Source: Bacteroidota bacterium (GTDB taxonomy: Bacteria; Bacteroidota; Bacteroidia; NS11-12g; UBA9320). From it: DNA of 64,000 nucleotides. The notes beneath the pieces are model-generated. The model made no database searches, had not been told where the DNA came from, and saw nothing but the letters and a program-made list of their open reading frames with translations. The first letter of the stretch is position 1, and the number at the start of each line of letters is the position of its first letter. The translations under genes and the position numbers were made by a program. This document shows, one piece after another, positions 19,920 to 29,681 of this stretch. The stretch covers positions 733-64,732 of the forward strand of contig JABWCE010000016.1 in assembly GCA_013359235.1 (NCBI GenBank), given 5' to 3'.

Positions 19920-21392
19920 TTATAAATCATTTAAGATTAAATGCTCTGCAATTCTAATGTAATCGTGCATTTCGGTATCATTTTTTATGAATGGAATATT
20001 TTTTCTCACTTTTTTATGAAGTTCTAAAGTACTTGTTGTGCAATTTTTAATATCTCTAAATTCTAAAGCCTGAGCAGAAGTAAATAGTTCTATTGCCAAA
20101 ACTTTTGCGGTGTTTTGAGTTATTTTAGCAAGTTTAAGCATTGCATTGGCTCCCATACTCACATGATCTTCCTGCCCATTGCTGCTCATAATACTATCAA
20201 CCGATGATGGTGTGCAAAGTTGTTTATTGAGGCTTACAATCGAGGCTGCGGTGTATTGAGGAATCATAAAACCTGAATTTAAGCCAGGTGTTGATATAAG
20301 AAATGGAGGTAAATTTCTTTCGCCCGATATTAATTTGTAAATTCTTCTTTCTGAAATATTGCCAAGCTCTGCAACAGCCATTGAAAGAAAATCAGCATGA
20401 AGGGCAAGTGTTTGTCCGTGAAAATTTCCACCCGATAAAATCAAATCTTCTTCGTAAAATATATTTGGATTATCTGTAACTGAATTTATTTCGTTTGTAA
20501 ATACTTTTTCAACTTGATTTATTACATCTAATGTAGCTCCATGTACTTGCGGAATACATCTGAAAGAATAAGGATCTTGCACATAATCATTATTTTTTTC
20601 TCTAATCTTTCGCTTTTCTAATATTTTACAAATTTTATCAGCAACTTTTTGCTGTCCATCTTGTTTTCTTATTCGGTTTACAGGTTTCAAAAACGGGTCT
20701 ATACTGCAGTTAAACGCTTCTAAACTCATTACAGATATTTTATCAGCCCAATGGCTAAGTTGTTTGGCAATTATTAATGAATAAAAACCATAGGCTGTCA
20801 TAAACTGTGTACCATTTATAAGTGCCAAACCCTCTTTTGGTCCAAGTTTTAATGGTTCAATTTTTTTTGATTTCAAAACATTTGAAGCATTTTTATTATT
20901 CAATTTGCCTTTTCCAATAATTGGCAAACAAAGGTGAGCAAGAGGTGCCAAATCACCCGATGCACCCAACGAGCCTTGTTTGAAAACATGTGGAATTAAA
21001 TTGAAATTGTTAAAATCGGCAAGTCTCTGAACTGTTTCGGGCTTTACACCGCTATATCCTAAACTCAATGATTTTACTTTAAATAAAATCATAAGCCTTA
21101 CAATTTCATCGGGGACTATGTCTCCCACCCCGCAAGCATGTGATTTCAAAAGGTTTTCCTGCAATTTTTCAATATCTTTTGAATTGATTTTTGTATTGCA
21201 AAGCGATCCAAATCCTGTATTTATACCGTAAAATAATTCATTGCCATTTTTAATTTTTTCAAGTAAATACTCATTGCATTTTTTAATAGTTTCATAAGCG
21301 TTTTTATCAATTAAAATTTTCTTTTTATTCCTTAAAAAATCAATTACCGAATCAAAAGTTAAATTATCTGAAATTTTAATTTCATTTGACAT
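19920..21392 (-). CDS. hutH: Histidine (aromatic amino acid) ammonia-lyase
   Basis: GSLGASGDLAPLAH, the MIO-forming ASG triad. Confidence 0.85.
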   Translation of the reverse strand: MSNEIKISDNLTFDSVIDFLRNKKKILIDKNAYETIKKCNEYLLEKIKNGNELFYGINTGFGSLCNTKINSKDIEKLQENLLKSHACGVGDIVPDEIVRLMILFKVKSLSLGYSGVKPETVQRLADFNNFNLIPHVFKQGSLGASGDLAPLAHLCLPIIGKGKLNNKNASNVLKSKKIEPLKLGPKEGLALINGTQFMTAYGFYSLIIAKQLSHWADKISVMSLEAFNCSIDPFLKPVNRIRKQDGQQKVADKICKILEKRKIREKNNDYVQDPYSFRCIPQVHGATLDVINQVEKVFTNEINSVTDNPNIFYEEDLILSGGNFHGQTLALHADFLSMAVAELGNISERRIYKLISGERNLPPFLISTPGLNSGFMIPQYTAASIVSLNKQLCTPSSVDSIMSSNGQEDHVSMGANAMLKLAKITQNTAKVLAIELFTSAQALEFRDIKNCTTSTLELHKKVRKNIPFIKNDTEMHDYIRIAEHLILNDL

Positions 21393-21448
21393 ATTTCCTG
21401 CAAAAATCTATAAAATAAGTTTAATAATGAAACATTAACCAACGTATT

Positions 21449-22216
21449 TTATTCGCCCAACATTCTCAATCTTATTTTTGTGAATTTGTTCTTAGTATCA
21501 ATTGCAAAATCACTATCCATAATCCAGTTGTAATAGCTTGGCTCTGTTTTGAAAACATCTATCACTTTTTTTCCCTTATGTTTTCCGAAATTAAAAATTT
21601 CTTCATTTTTTGCATTCATAATTATACGTCCAGCGAGGTCAACTTGCCCACTTGAAGCCGAAAGTTTATGCAAGCCTTCTACGGTTTTATCAATATTTGA
21701 GTATTTGTCTAATTGTGCTTTAAAAATATGAAAGGTAGCTAAAGTATCAAATTTTGCAGAGTGTGCTTTGTCAATTTCTTTATCACAATAAAACCTGTAA
21801 GCTGCACTAAGATTACGGGGTTCCATAGTATGAAAAATTCTCATAATATCAATAAATTTTCTTTCATCAATATTCAATTCAATGCCAACTCTATAAAATT
21901 CTTCAACCAAAATTGGGACATCAAATTTATTTGAATTAAAACCTGCAAAATCGCAGTTTTCAAGAAATAATATGAGTTCATCAGCTTTTTCGGCAAACGA
22001 TGGTTCATTTTTTACATCTTCGTCTGTAATTCCATGAACAGCAGTGGCTTCTGCCGAAATGGGAATACCCGGATTGAAAAATTGATGCAATTGGAATTCG
22101 CTTTCGTCGGGCATAATTTTTAAAATAAACAACTCAATTATTCTATCTTTTGAGGTGCTTATTCCTGTAGTTTCGAGGTCAAAAAACACAATTGGCTTTT
22201 TTAAAATTGGGAGCAT
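21449..22216 (-). CDS. DEDDh 3'-5' exonuclease (DnaQ-like) domain protein
   Basis: FFDLETTG, HGITDEDV, and HSAKFDTLAT. Confidence 0.8.
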   Translation of the reverse strand: MLPILKKPIVFFDLETTGISTSKDRIIELFILKIMPDESEFQLHQFFNPGIPISAEATAVHGITDEDVKNEPSFAEKADELILFLENCDFAGFNSNKFDVPILVEEFYRVGIELNIDERKFIDIMRIFHTMEPRNLSAAYRFYCDKEIDKAHSAKFDTLATFHIFKAQLDKYSNIDKTVEGLHKLSASSGQVDLAGRIIMNAKNEEIFNFGKHKGKKVIDVFKTEPSYYNWIMDSDFAIDTKNKFTKIRLRMLGE

Positions 22217-22234
22217 AAATAATTTTTTAACTTA

Positions 22235-22912
22235 TTATATTTCAAAATCCGGTCTCTTGGTTTTGGTTCTTTCAATTGATTGTTCGTCACGCCATTTTTC
22301 AATTTCTTTTAAATTGCCCGAAAGCAGTATTTCCGGCACACTCCACCCATTGAACTGAGCCGGCCTTGTGTAAACCGGTGCCGATACCAAATCATCTTGA
22401 AATGTATCGGTTAACGCAGATTCTTCATTGTTCAATACACCTGGTAAAAGTCGGCAAACGGCATCTGCAACTATAAGTGCTGGCAATTCGCCACCTGTGA
22501 GAACAAAATTGCCAATAGAAATTTCTTTTGTAATCAAATGTTCTCTAACTCGCTCATCTACACCTTTGTAATGACCACAAAGAAGTATTAGGTTTTTACA
22601 AAGTGAAAGTTTATTAGCTGTTTTTTGGTTAAAAATATCTCCATCGGGAGTAAGAAAAATCACTTCATCATAATTTCTTTTGCTTTTTAAATAGGTGATA
22701 CAATTGTAAATTGGTTCAATTTGCATAACCATTCCGCTTCCTCCTCCAAATTGATAATCGTCAACCTGCTTGTGTTTTCCAATGCCATAATCTCTCAGGT
22801 CAATAAGATTTACTGAAAAAACCTTTTTATCCATTCCCCTTTTGATGATAGAATGCTCTAGAGGGCTTTTCAACAATTCGGGCAATACAGAAATTATATC
22901 AATATTTAACAT
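22235..22912 (-). CDS. trmD: tRNA (guanine37-N1)-methyltransferase
   Basis: Canonical TrmD sequence (GGGSGMVM, LLCGHYKGVDERV), downstream of rimM. Confidence 0.95.
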   Translation of the reverse strand: MLNIDIISVLPELLKSPLEHSIIKRGMDKKVFSVNLIDLRDYGIGKHKQVDDYQFGGGSGMVMQIEPIYNCITYLKSKRNYDEVIFLTPDGDIFNQKTANKLSLCKNLILLCGHYKGVDERVREHLITKEISIGNFVLTGGELPALIVADAVCRLLPGVLNNEESALTDTFQDDLVSAPVYTRPAQFNGWSVPEILLSGNLKEIEKWRDEQSIERTKTKRPDFEI

Positions 22913-23415
22913 TAATTGTTTAATGAAATTAGACCTTCGGGTATTTCGGTAAAAATAGTTTTTTCTTTATGATTTATTTTTAAAATTATTTGAGATACGC
23001 AGGGTAGAAAATAAATATTTTTTTCAAATTCAATTTCGAGTAAGTCTTGCCCGGGTCGATTAATTAAAGATAAAACAACACCTGCAAATTGCATATTTTG
23101 GTCAATTAATTTATACCCTTCAATTTTTCTGAAATTTCCTAAACCATTTAATTTATTTTCAGAATCTGATAAAATGTTTAATCCAACTAATTCCTCTGCT
23201 TCTTCGGGGCTGTTGATATCGTCAAATTTGATTAATAATTCGTCATTGTTGCCTTTTATATCTTCAATAAAAAATGGAACAGGTTTATTATTTATAGCAA
23301 TAAAAACATGTTTACCAATTTTAATATCAATATTTGAAAAGTCGCAATCTGCTTTTACATACCCCTTAAACCCATGTATTTTTGAAATAGTACATATAGG
23401 TATGAGGTTTCTCAA
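22912..23415 (-). CDS. rimM: 16S rRNA processing protein RimM
   Basis: Lies between rpsP and trmD. It has a GFKGYVK N-terminus and a PRC-barrel-like C-terminus. Confidence 0.85.
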   Translation of the reverse strand: MRNLIPICTISKIHGFKGYVKADCDFSNIDIKIGKHVFIAINNKPVPFFIEDIKGNNDELLIKFDDINSPEEAEELVGLNILSDSENKLNGLGNFRKIEGYKLIDQNMQFAGVVLSLINRPGQDLLEIEFEKNIYFLPCVSQIILKINHKEKTIFTEIPEGLISLNN

Positions 23416-23439
23416 ATGGTAAAAAATAAATAGATTTTC

Positions 23440-24090
23440 TTACTCCTGAGTAGAAGAGTTTTCGGGAGTTTCATCTGACGAAACTTCATCTGTTGATGGT
23501 ATTGAAACGCTTTCTTCAGTAGTTTCAGGCTCAACATTTGCATTCTCTTCAACGGCTGTTTCAACAGAACTTTCAATTTCTACCTGAGTTTCGCCAGAGG
23601 TTTCGCTATTTGTGTTTACTTCCTCTGCCAAGGCTGAATTTTTTAATAATATTTTAGCAGCTTTTGCCTCTTTCAGGCTTTTTTCACGTTCAAGATTAGC
23701 GATTGTTTTTGCATTTTTTGAATCAGAAAGTAAACTAATTTTATTAGTAATTTTTGATTCTTTTTCATCAAGCCATTTGCTGAATTTTTCTTCAACTTGC
23801 TCTAATGTTAATGCTCCTTTTTTCACACCATTAAGTAAATGATTTTTGTGTAAAATACCTTTGTAAGATAAAATTGCTCTTGATGTGTCTGTAAGTGAAG
23901 CTCCTTTTTGTACCCAATCAAGGGTTTTGTCGAAATTGATGTCAATTGTTGCGGGATTGGTATTTGGATTGTAAATGCCAAGCCTTTCAATGTATCTTCC
24001 GTCCCTAGGAGCTCTGCTGTCTGCCACCACAATGTGGAAAATCGGACGACCTTTGCGTCCTTGTCTTTGTAATCTGATTTTTGTTGCCAT
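23440..24090 (-). CDS. rpsP: 30S ribosomal protein S16 with long acidic/Ser-rich C-terminal extension
   Basis: [42 protein letters not shown], followed by about 130 aa of extension. Confidence 0.9.
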   Translation of the reverse strand: MATKIRLQRQGRKGRPIFHIVVADSRAPRDGRYIERLGIYNPNTNPATIDINFDKTLDWVQKGASLTDTSRAILSYKGILHKNHLLNGVKKGALTLEQVEEKFSKWLDEKESKITNKISLLSDSKNAKTIANLEREKSLKEAKAAKILLKNSALAEEVNTNSETSGETQVEIESSVETAVEENANVEPETTEESVSIPSTDEVSSDETPENSSTQE

Positions 24091-24163
24091 AAATTTTTAT
24101 ATTTTACAATTTCGGTTCTCCAAAATCCGAAAAGGAGTGCAAAAGTAATTTTTTTATTTTAAT

Positions 24164-24202
24164 AAAAAAAGGGAGTAGAATTAAATAATTCCCTCCCCTT
24201 TT
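24164..24202 (-). terminator. Rho-independent terminator after the 24235..24633 gene
   Basis: The minus strand reads AAAAGGGGAGGGAATTATTTAATTCTACTCCCTTTTTTT. This is an imperfect GGGAG.GAATTA/TAATTC.CTCCC hairpin followed by a T7 run. Confidence 0.6.
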
Positions 24203-24234
24203 CGTTTTTCTTTGAATCTTAATTCAATTTGTTA

Positions 24235-24633
24235 CTAATCCATATACTTGTAATTGAATGTAAACAATACCAACAAAGCAAAACTTAAATAAACCATTAA
24301 ACCGGTTTCAAGTTTCATCAAATAATTAAGCCCAAAAATCACAATTGCTCCGGCAATAATTGCTGCTGTTCCGGCAAAAAACATCCAGAATCCAAACACT
24401 CTACAGTGCCACATCAGGGTTGTCCCGATTATTGAAAGTACAGTGCCAATTGTGGTAATCAAAGCATTTTGACTTAAAGCTTCTTCGGTATTTTCTCCCA
24501 TATTGTTTATACTTTCCCAAAGAATGAAAGCACTTACAATGTAAGAGATAATACATGTAACAGTTAAGAATAAAGGTCGAATCCTCTTTTCAGATTCATT
24601 TTCAGTGAATGGTAAATCATGTCCCATAGGCAA
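24235..24633 (-). CDS. Hypothetical 4-TM membrane protein
   Basis: Only hydrophobic helices are visible. No family was recognised. Confidence 0.4.
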   Translation of the reverse strand: MPMGHDLPFTENESEKRIRPLFLTVTCIISYIVSAFILWESINNMGENTEEALSQNALITTIGTVLSIIGTTLMWHCRVFGFWMFFAGTAAIIAGAIVIFGLNYLMKLETGLMVYLSFALLVLFTFNYKYMD

Positions 24634-24711
24634 ATTTTTAGAGTTAAAAAATGCAATATTTGAAAATAATTTTAAAAAAAAAAAGAATGTGAATGTTTTT
24701 CTTAAAAAAAA

Positions 24712-25158
24712 CTATTTTTTAGTTAAAGCGTTTTTACCAAGTGCTATAAAAGCATCAGGGTCAAGATATCCTAAATCTTTGTGTTTTAATGCACCATTAT
24801 TATCAATAAAAAGGTAAGTTGGGTATGCTTCAACAGAATATTTATTACCTATTGTTTCACCTTCGGCAGTTTCCATATCCAATTTTATACAAACAAAATT
24901 TTGATTATAAAATTCGCCAACTTCTTTTTTTATGAATACTTTTTTTGTCATGTTTTTACAAGGTCCACACCAAGTTGCATAGCAATCAATAAAAATAAGT
25001 TTGTTTTCTTTTTTAGCTTTTGCTTTTGCTTCTTTTAAAGTACCTTTAAAAAACATTATTCCTTTACTTTTATTTTTCTCTTTAGATTGAAATGCCGAAC
25101 TAAAGAAAATAATTAATAAAATAATTGTGCTTTTTTTAATAATCTGTATATTTTTCAT
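24712..25158 (-). CDS. Secreted thioredoxin-family protein
   Basis: Signal peptide plus WCGPCK active site. Confidence 0.8.
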   Translation of the reverse strand: MKNIQIIKKSTIILLIIFFSSAFQSKEKNKSKGIMFFKGTLKEAKAKAKKENKLIFIDCYATWCGPCKNMTKKVFIKKEVGEFYNQNFVCIKLDMETAEGETIGNKYSVEAYPTYLFIDNNGALKHKDLGYLDPDAFIALGKNALTKK

Positions 25159-25183
25159 TTTTTATAACTATATATTTTATACT

Positions 25184-25852
25184 ATGTTTGTAGCCCGAAT
25201 GCAGCAACCATCAATAGTTTTTACAAATTTTACATTTTATGAACCTGTAACATCTATTACAGATTTTTTGATATGTATTTTTTGTTCTGTTTTAGCTTTT
25301 AAATTATTAAAAATAAGATCAACTTATTGGTCAATCTTTTACTTTTTATTAGCTATATCAGCATTATTAGGTGCCTTTGGGCATGCACTTTTTGCTTACA
25401 AAGATAATATATTAAAGTTGTATTCAAGAATTATGATGGTTTTTGCAACACTTTTTGCAATTTTTGCAAGTACTATTTTATTGAATAAAATTTTTATAAA
25501 AGTTACAAGTTTTATACTTTCAATATTTCTTTTTGCTGCTGCAATTTACTTTTTGCTAAAAACAAATGATTTTGAAGTTGTAAAATGGTATAATGCAATA
25601 GGTTTTGTTTTTTTTATAAGTGTAATACAAATCTTTAATATTTATAAAAAGAAAGAAGGAAGCAAATTAATTCTTGGTGGGATAATTATAATAATAATAG
25701 CAGGTATAATTCATTCGATGGGAATTTCATTTAATGTTTGGTTTAATAAAAATGAGATAGCTCATTCATTGTCAATTATAGCACTTTTAATTATTTATAA
25801 AGGAATTTTTATTTCAACTACAAATGAAGAAAGTAAATATGAAACTATTTAA
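25184..25852 (+). CDS. Hypothetical multi-pass membrane protein
   Basis: Six to seven hydrophobic helices. The start was moved to the ATG at 25184 to avoid overlapping the divergent thioredoxin gene. Confidence 0.4.
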   Translation: MFVARMQQPSIVFTNFTFYEPVTSITDFLICIFCSVLAFKLLKIRSTYWSIFYFLLAISALLGAFGHALFAYKDNILKLYSRIMMVFATLFAIFASTILLNKIFIKVTSFILSIFLFAAAIYFLLKTNDFEVVKWYNAIGFVFFISVIQIFNIYKKKEGSKLILGGIIIIIIAGIIHSMGISFNVWFNKNEIAHSLSIIALLIIYKGIFISTTNEESKYETI

Positions 25853-27236
25853 TAGATCAATTATTTTAATATTTTCGATAATATTAATTTTTTCGAACTC
25901 AAACGGGCAATATAGCAAAGATTCGATACAAATTAGAAGAATTTTTGATATGGCTCTCGAAAATGGAACAGCATATAAAAATCTTAAAAGTTTATGTAAA
26001 GATGTTGGACATAGATTTAGCGGCACCAAGCAAGCAGATTCTGCGGTAAATTGGGGTTACAATTTATTAAAATCAATGTGGACAGATACAGTTTACAAGC
26101 TACCTGTTATGGTACCAAACTGGAAAAGAGGAAATATTGAAAGAGCGTATATATTTCACGACGACACAAAACTCAATATAAGTTCGCTTGGTGGATCAGT
26201 TGGCACAAAAAAAAGAATAAAAGCAAAATTAGTAGTTGCAAATGGTATTGAAGACTTGGAGAGATTAGGCGAAAAAAATATAAGAGGTAAAATTGTATTG
26301 TTTAACAAAGCATTTGACCCAAAAACTATAAATGTTTTTGAAACTTATGGTGCATGTGTAGGGCAAAGATATTCAGGTGCATCAAAAGCTGCTGAATATG
26401 GTGCTGTAGGAGTTTTGGTTAGAAGTATGACTTTACAAAACGACAATCATCCACATACAGGTAGCATGAGTTATACAAATAAAAATCACATGATACCTGC
26501 TGCAGCAATAAGTACAGAACATGCCGAATTATTGGTAGAAAAATTAAGAGAAAAACCAAATCTAAATTTAGTTATGAAAATGAATTGCAAGCTTTTGCCT
26601 GATGTTTTAAGCTATAATGTAATAGCAGAAATAAAAGGCGAAACTGAGCCTGAAAGTGTAATAACTATTGGCGGTCATCTTGATAGTTGGGATCTTGGTG
26701 AAGGAGCTCACGATGACGGGGCAGGTATTGTTCATTGCATAGAAGTTTTGAATTTGATTAAAGCAAATGGATATCGCCCCAAACATACTATTAGAGTAGT
26801 TTTGTTTATGAACGAAGAAAACGGAGGTAAAGGAGGGCAAGAATATGCAAATTGGGTAAAAACAAGAGGCGAAAAACAAATAATGGCACTTGAAAGTGAT
26901 GCAGGAGGGCATACTCCCAGAGGGTTTAGTATTTCTGCACCCGATAGTATATTTGATAAAATTGCTTCTTTTAAACCACTTTTAGAGCCTTATGGTTGTC
27001 ATTTATTTAAAAAAAGCACATGGGGAGGTGGTGTAGATATTAATCCTTTAAAATTAGATTCAACACTTAGTATTAATCCAAATATGATTTTAATGGGCTT
27101 CATACCCGATTCACACAGATACTTTGACTATCATCATGCCGAAACTGATGTTTTTGAAAATGTAAATAAACGAGAACTTGAACTTGGAGCCGGTGCAATA
27201 GGCTCAATAGTTTATCTTATTGATAAATATTTTTAG
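25824..27236 (+). CDS. M28-family zinc aminopeptidase
   Basis: Signal peptide, with GGHLDSWDLGEGAHDDGAG and NEENGG metal-ligand motifs. Confidence 0.85.
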   Translation: MKKVNMKLFNRSIILIFSIILIFSNSNGQYSKDSIQIRRIFDMALENGTAYKNLKSLCKDVGHRFSGTKQADSAVNWGYNLLKSMWTDTVYKLPVMVPNWKRGNIERAYIFHDDTKLNISSLGGSVGTKKRIKAKLVVANGIEDLERLGEKNIRGKIVLFNKAFDPKTINVFETYGACVGQRYSGASKAAEYGAVGVLVRSMTLQNDNHPHTGSMSYTNKNHMIPAAAISTEHAELLVEKLREKPNLNLVMKMNCKLLPDVLSYNVIAEIKGETEPESVITIGGHLDSWDLGEGAHDDGAGIVHCIEVLNLIKANGYRPKHTIRVVLFMNEENGGKGGQEYANWVKTRGEKQIMALESDAGGHTPRGFSISAPDSIFDKIASFKPLLEPYGCHLFKKSTWGGGVDINPLKLDSTLSINPNMILMGFIPDSHRYFDYHHAETDVFENVNKRELELGAGAIGSIVYLIDKYF

Positions 27237-27240
27237 TTTT

Positions 27241-28719
27241 CTATTTTTTTGTTACCTTACTGTTTTTTATGCTGTATGAAAAATAAATAGTAAAGCCAAT
27301 AATTAACCAAACCAATAACCTTGCCCAATTGGGCCAACCTAAACCATATATCATTGCTGTACAAACTATAATACCTAAAATTGGAACTAAAGGAACTAAC
27401 GGTGTTTTAAATTGTCTTTTAATTTCAGGATTTGTTTTTCTCAAAATCAAAACACCGGCACAGACAATAACAAATGCAAACAGAGTTCCTATACTTGTCA
27501 TATCTCCCACAATATCGCCAGGTACAAAAGCCGCAAAGAATCCTACAAAAATTAAAAAAATTAAATTTGATTTATATGGAGTACGGTATTTTTTATGCAC
27601 CTCGCTAAATATGGGAGGAATTAGTCCGTCACGACTCATTGAATAAAACACTCTGCTCTGTCCCATTAACATTACCAAAATTACAGAACTGAAACCAGCA
27701 AGTATAGCAACAGTAACTAATTTTGCCAACCAGCCGTAACCATGCATGTAGCTATTTATAGCATAGGCGATTGAAGCTTCTTTGCCTTGATTTCTAAAGT
27801 CATCAACTGATGCAACTCCTGTTAAAACATGTGCAAACAGTATATACAATATAGTGCAAATTACTAATGAACCAAGAATACCAATTGGCATATCGCGTTT
27901 TGGATTTTTTGATTCTTGTGCAGCAGTACTCACAGCATCAAAACCAATAAATGCAAAGAATACAACACCTGCAGCACCGAGAATTCCCATTACACCTCCA
28001 TAATTGTGTATTACTCCCTGGGCATCAGTATATTTTGTAGGTTCAGGAATATAAACAGCATGATTTACAGGATTTATAAAAGACCAACCAAAAACTATAA
28101 AAAGCACAACAATTGCAACTTTAGTAATTACAATAATTCCATTAACCCAAGCTGATTCTTTTGTGCCCCTAATAAGTAATACCGATAATAAAGAAACTAT
28201 AAAAAATGCAGGTAAATTTATAATACCTTGAACTCCGTATACCGATGTTTCAAATGGCGAATGACATAAACCATAAGGAATATGAAGCCCTAAATATTCT
28301 AATAATTTGTTGAGATATTCGCTCCAGGCTATGCCAACTGTGGCAGCTCCTAAAGCATATTCAAGTACTAAATCCCAGCCTATAATCCATGCAACAATTT
28401 CGCCCATTGTAGCATAACTATATGTATATGCACTGCCCGCTATTGGTATCATGCTTGCAAATTCAGCATAACATAATCCTGCAAATGCACATCCTACTGC
28501 TGCTATAATAAAACCTATTGTAACCGATGGACCTGCATTGTTTGCAGCTGCTGCTGCAGTTCTTACAAATAAACCTGCACCAATTATTGCCCCAATGCCT
28601 AAGGCAATTAGATTTGTAGCACCTAAAGTTCGTTTTAAAGATTTTTCATCATCAACTTCATTTTCATCAGCTTCTTTTATCAGAAGATTAATGTCTTTTT
28701 TGGCAAAAATATTTTTCAT
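27241..28719 (-). CDS. APC-superfamily amino acid permease
   Basis: 492 aa, about 12 TM helices, and an N-terminal GATNLIALGIGAIIGAGLF signature. Confidence 0.85.
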   Translation of the reverse strand: MKNIFAKKDINLLIKEADENEVDDEKSLKRTLGATNLIALGIGAIIGAGLFVRTAAAAANNAGPSVTIGFIIAAVGCAFAGLCYAEFASMIPIAGSAYTYSYATMGEIVAWIIGWDLVLEYALGAATVGIAWSEYLNKLLEYLGLHIPYGLCHSPFETSVYGVQGIINLPAFFIVSLLSVLLIRGTKESAWVNGIIVITKVAIVVLFIVFGWSFINPVNHAVYIPEPTKYTDAQGVIHNYGGVMGILGAAGVVFFAFIGFDAVSTAAQESKNPKRDMPIGILGSLVICTILYILFAHVLTGVASVDDFRNQGKEASIAYAINSYMHGYGWLAKLVTVAILAGFSSVILVMLMGQSRVFYSMSRDGLIPPIFSEVHKKYRTPYKSNLIFLIFVGFFAAFVPGDIVGDMTSIGTLFAFVIVCAGVLILRKTNPEIKRQFKTPLVPLVPILGIIVCTAMIYGLGWPNWARLLVWLIIGFTIYFSYSIKNSKVTKK

Positions 28720-28800
28720 AAATTATTTTTCAATTCCCAAACATACATGATTTTTATGAATTACAAAATTTATTAATTTATTTTAAAAAAATTACAATTA

Positions 28801-28835
28801 AAAAAAGGGCTTTAGAATCTAAAGCCCTTTTTTTA
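28801..28835 (-). terminator. Rho-independent terminator of the gld operon (bidirectional shape)
   Basis: AAAAAAGGGCTTTAG-AAT-CTAAAGCCCTTTTTTT: a perfect 9-bp stem flanked by A and T runs, just downstream of gldN. Confidence 0.8.
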
Positions 28836-28851
28836 ATTTAATTATAGAATA

Positions 28852-29670
28852 TTAATATTGCCATAAATCATGCTCGAAAATAAACAGGTCATTTTTTATT
28901 CTGTCGCTTTCAAGCTGTGCGGCAACACCATCATCTTTAAATTCTTCAAATAAATTTATATCCAAATCATACATGTTTGATTCTTTTACAATATAACTTG
29001 AAAACATTCTCATCTGAAAGAAGTCATCAAACGAAAGTCTTGCTGCGTCATTCATACTATTGAATAATTCAATATTTACAATTACAGGTCTTAAATCATC
29101 CATTTTTACCCAATAAACAGGTTGCTCTCCTAATTCGACCCCTGCAAAAATTGGCTTAAATAATGGAGCAATTGCAATAATTTTAGCTCTAAAATCAGAA
29201 TAATTATGATCAAATATCCAATCTTCCATTATTCTGTATTTTTTAATTGTTGAAGGATCAAAAGGTATAACAATAGTAGAATCTTTAGTCATACTCGGAT
29301 CGTCTGGAAATGCAGGATCCTGCACAGTTGTAGTAAATTCTCTTGTTCCTCTTTTAAGAATTTCTTCAGGGGTATAGATTGATGACAAAGAATCATTCCT
29401 GTAGGGTTTTAATTTACCATTCATAACATTGTCATGAATTAGTTTATAAAACGGGCTTCTTGGCCAATCCATTACCTTGTTCATTTTTTCGCGAACATCA
29501 ATAACTCTGTCAATTCTTTTAGCCCATTTAACATTTGCTTCGCGAATATAACGATAGGGAATTACCTTTCGTTCTGCAACCGCAGTTTTGGGAAATGTCC
29601 AGTCTTCATATTGAGCCTTTGCTGAATATGTTATACTTAACGTAATAATTGCAAATATTAGTTGACGCAT
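28852..29670 (-). CDS. gldN: Gliding motility / T9SS protein GldN (PorN)
   Basis: Last gene of the K-L-M-N block, with a signal peptide and typical GldN length and sequence. Confidence 0.85.
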   Translation of the reverse strand: MRQLIFAIITLSITYSAKAQYEDWTFPKTAVAERKVIPYRYIREANVKWAKRIDRVIDVREKMNKVMDWPRSPFYKLIHDNVMNGKLKPYRNDSLSSIYTPEEILKRGTREFTTTVQDPAFPDDPSMTKDSTIVIPFDPSTIKKYRIMEDWIFDHNYSDFRAKIIAIAPLFKPIFAGVELGEQPVYWVKMDDLRPVIVNIELFNSMNDAARLSFDDFFQMRMFSSYIVKESNMYDLDINLFEEFKDDGVAAQLESDRIKNDLFIFEHDLWQY

Positions 29671-29681
29671 ATTGTATTTTT

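Noticed and set aside
16766-21392. PaaN-like dehydrogenase and histidine ammonia-lyase as parts of a catabolic or secondary-metabolite cluster.
   Set aside because: No partner genes (paaABCDE, hutU/hutI, polyketide or flexirubin genes) are adjacent. The neighbours are unrelated housekeeping genes, so these look like stand-alone enzymes.
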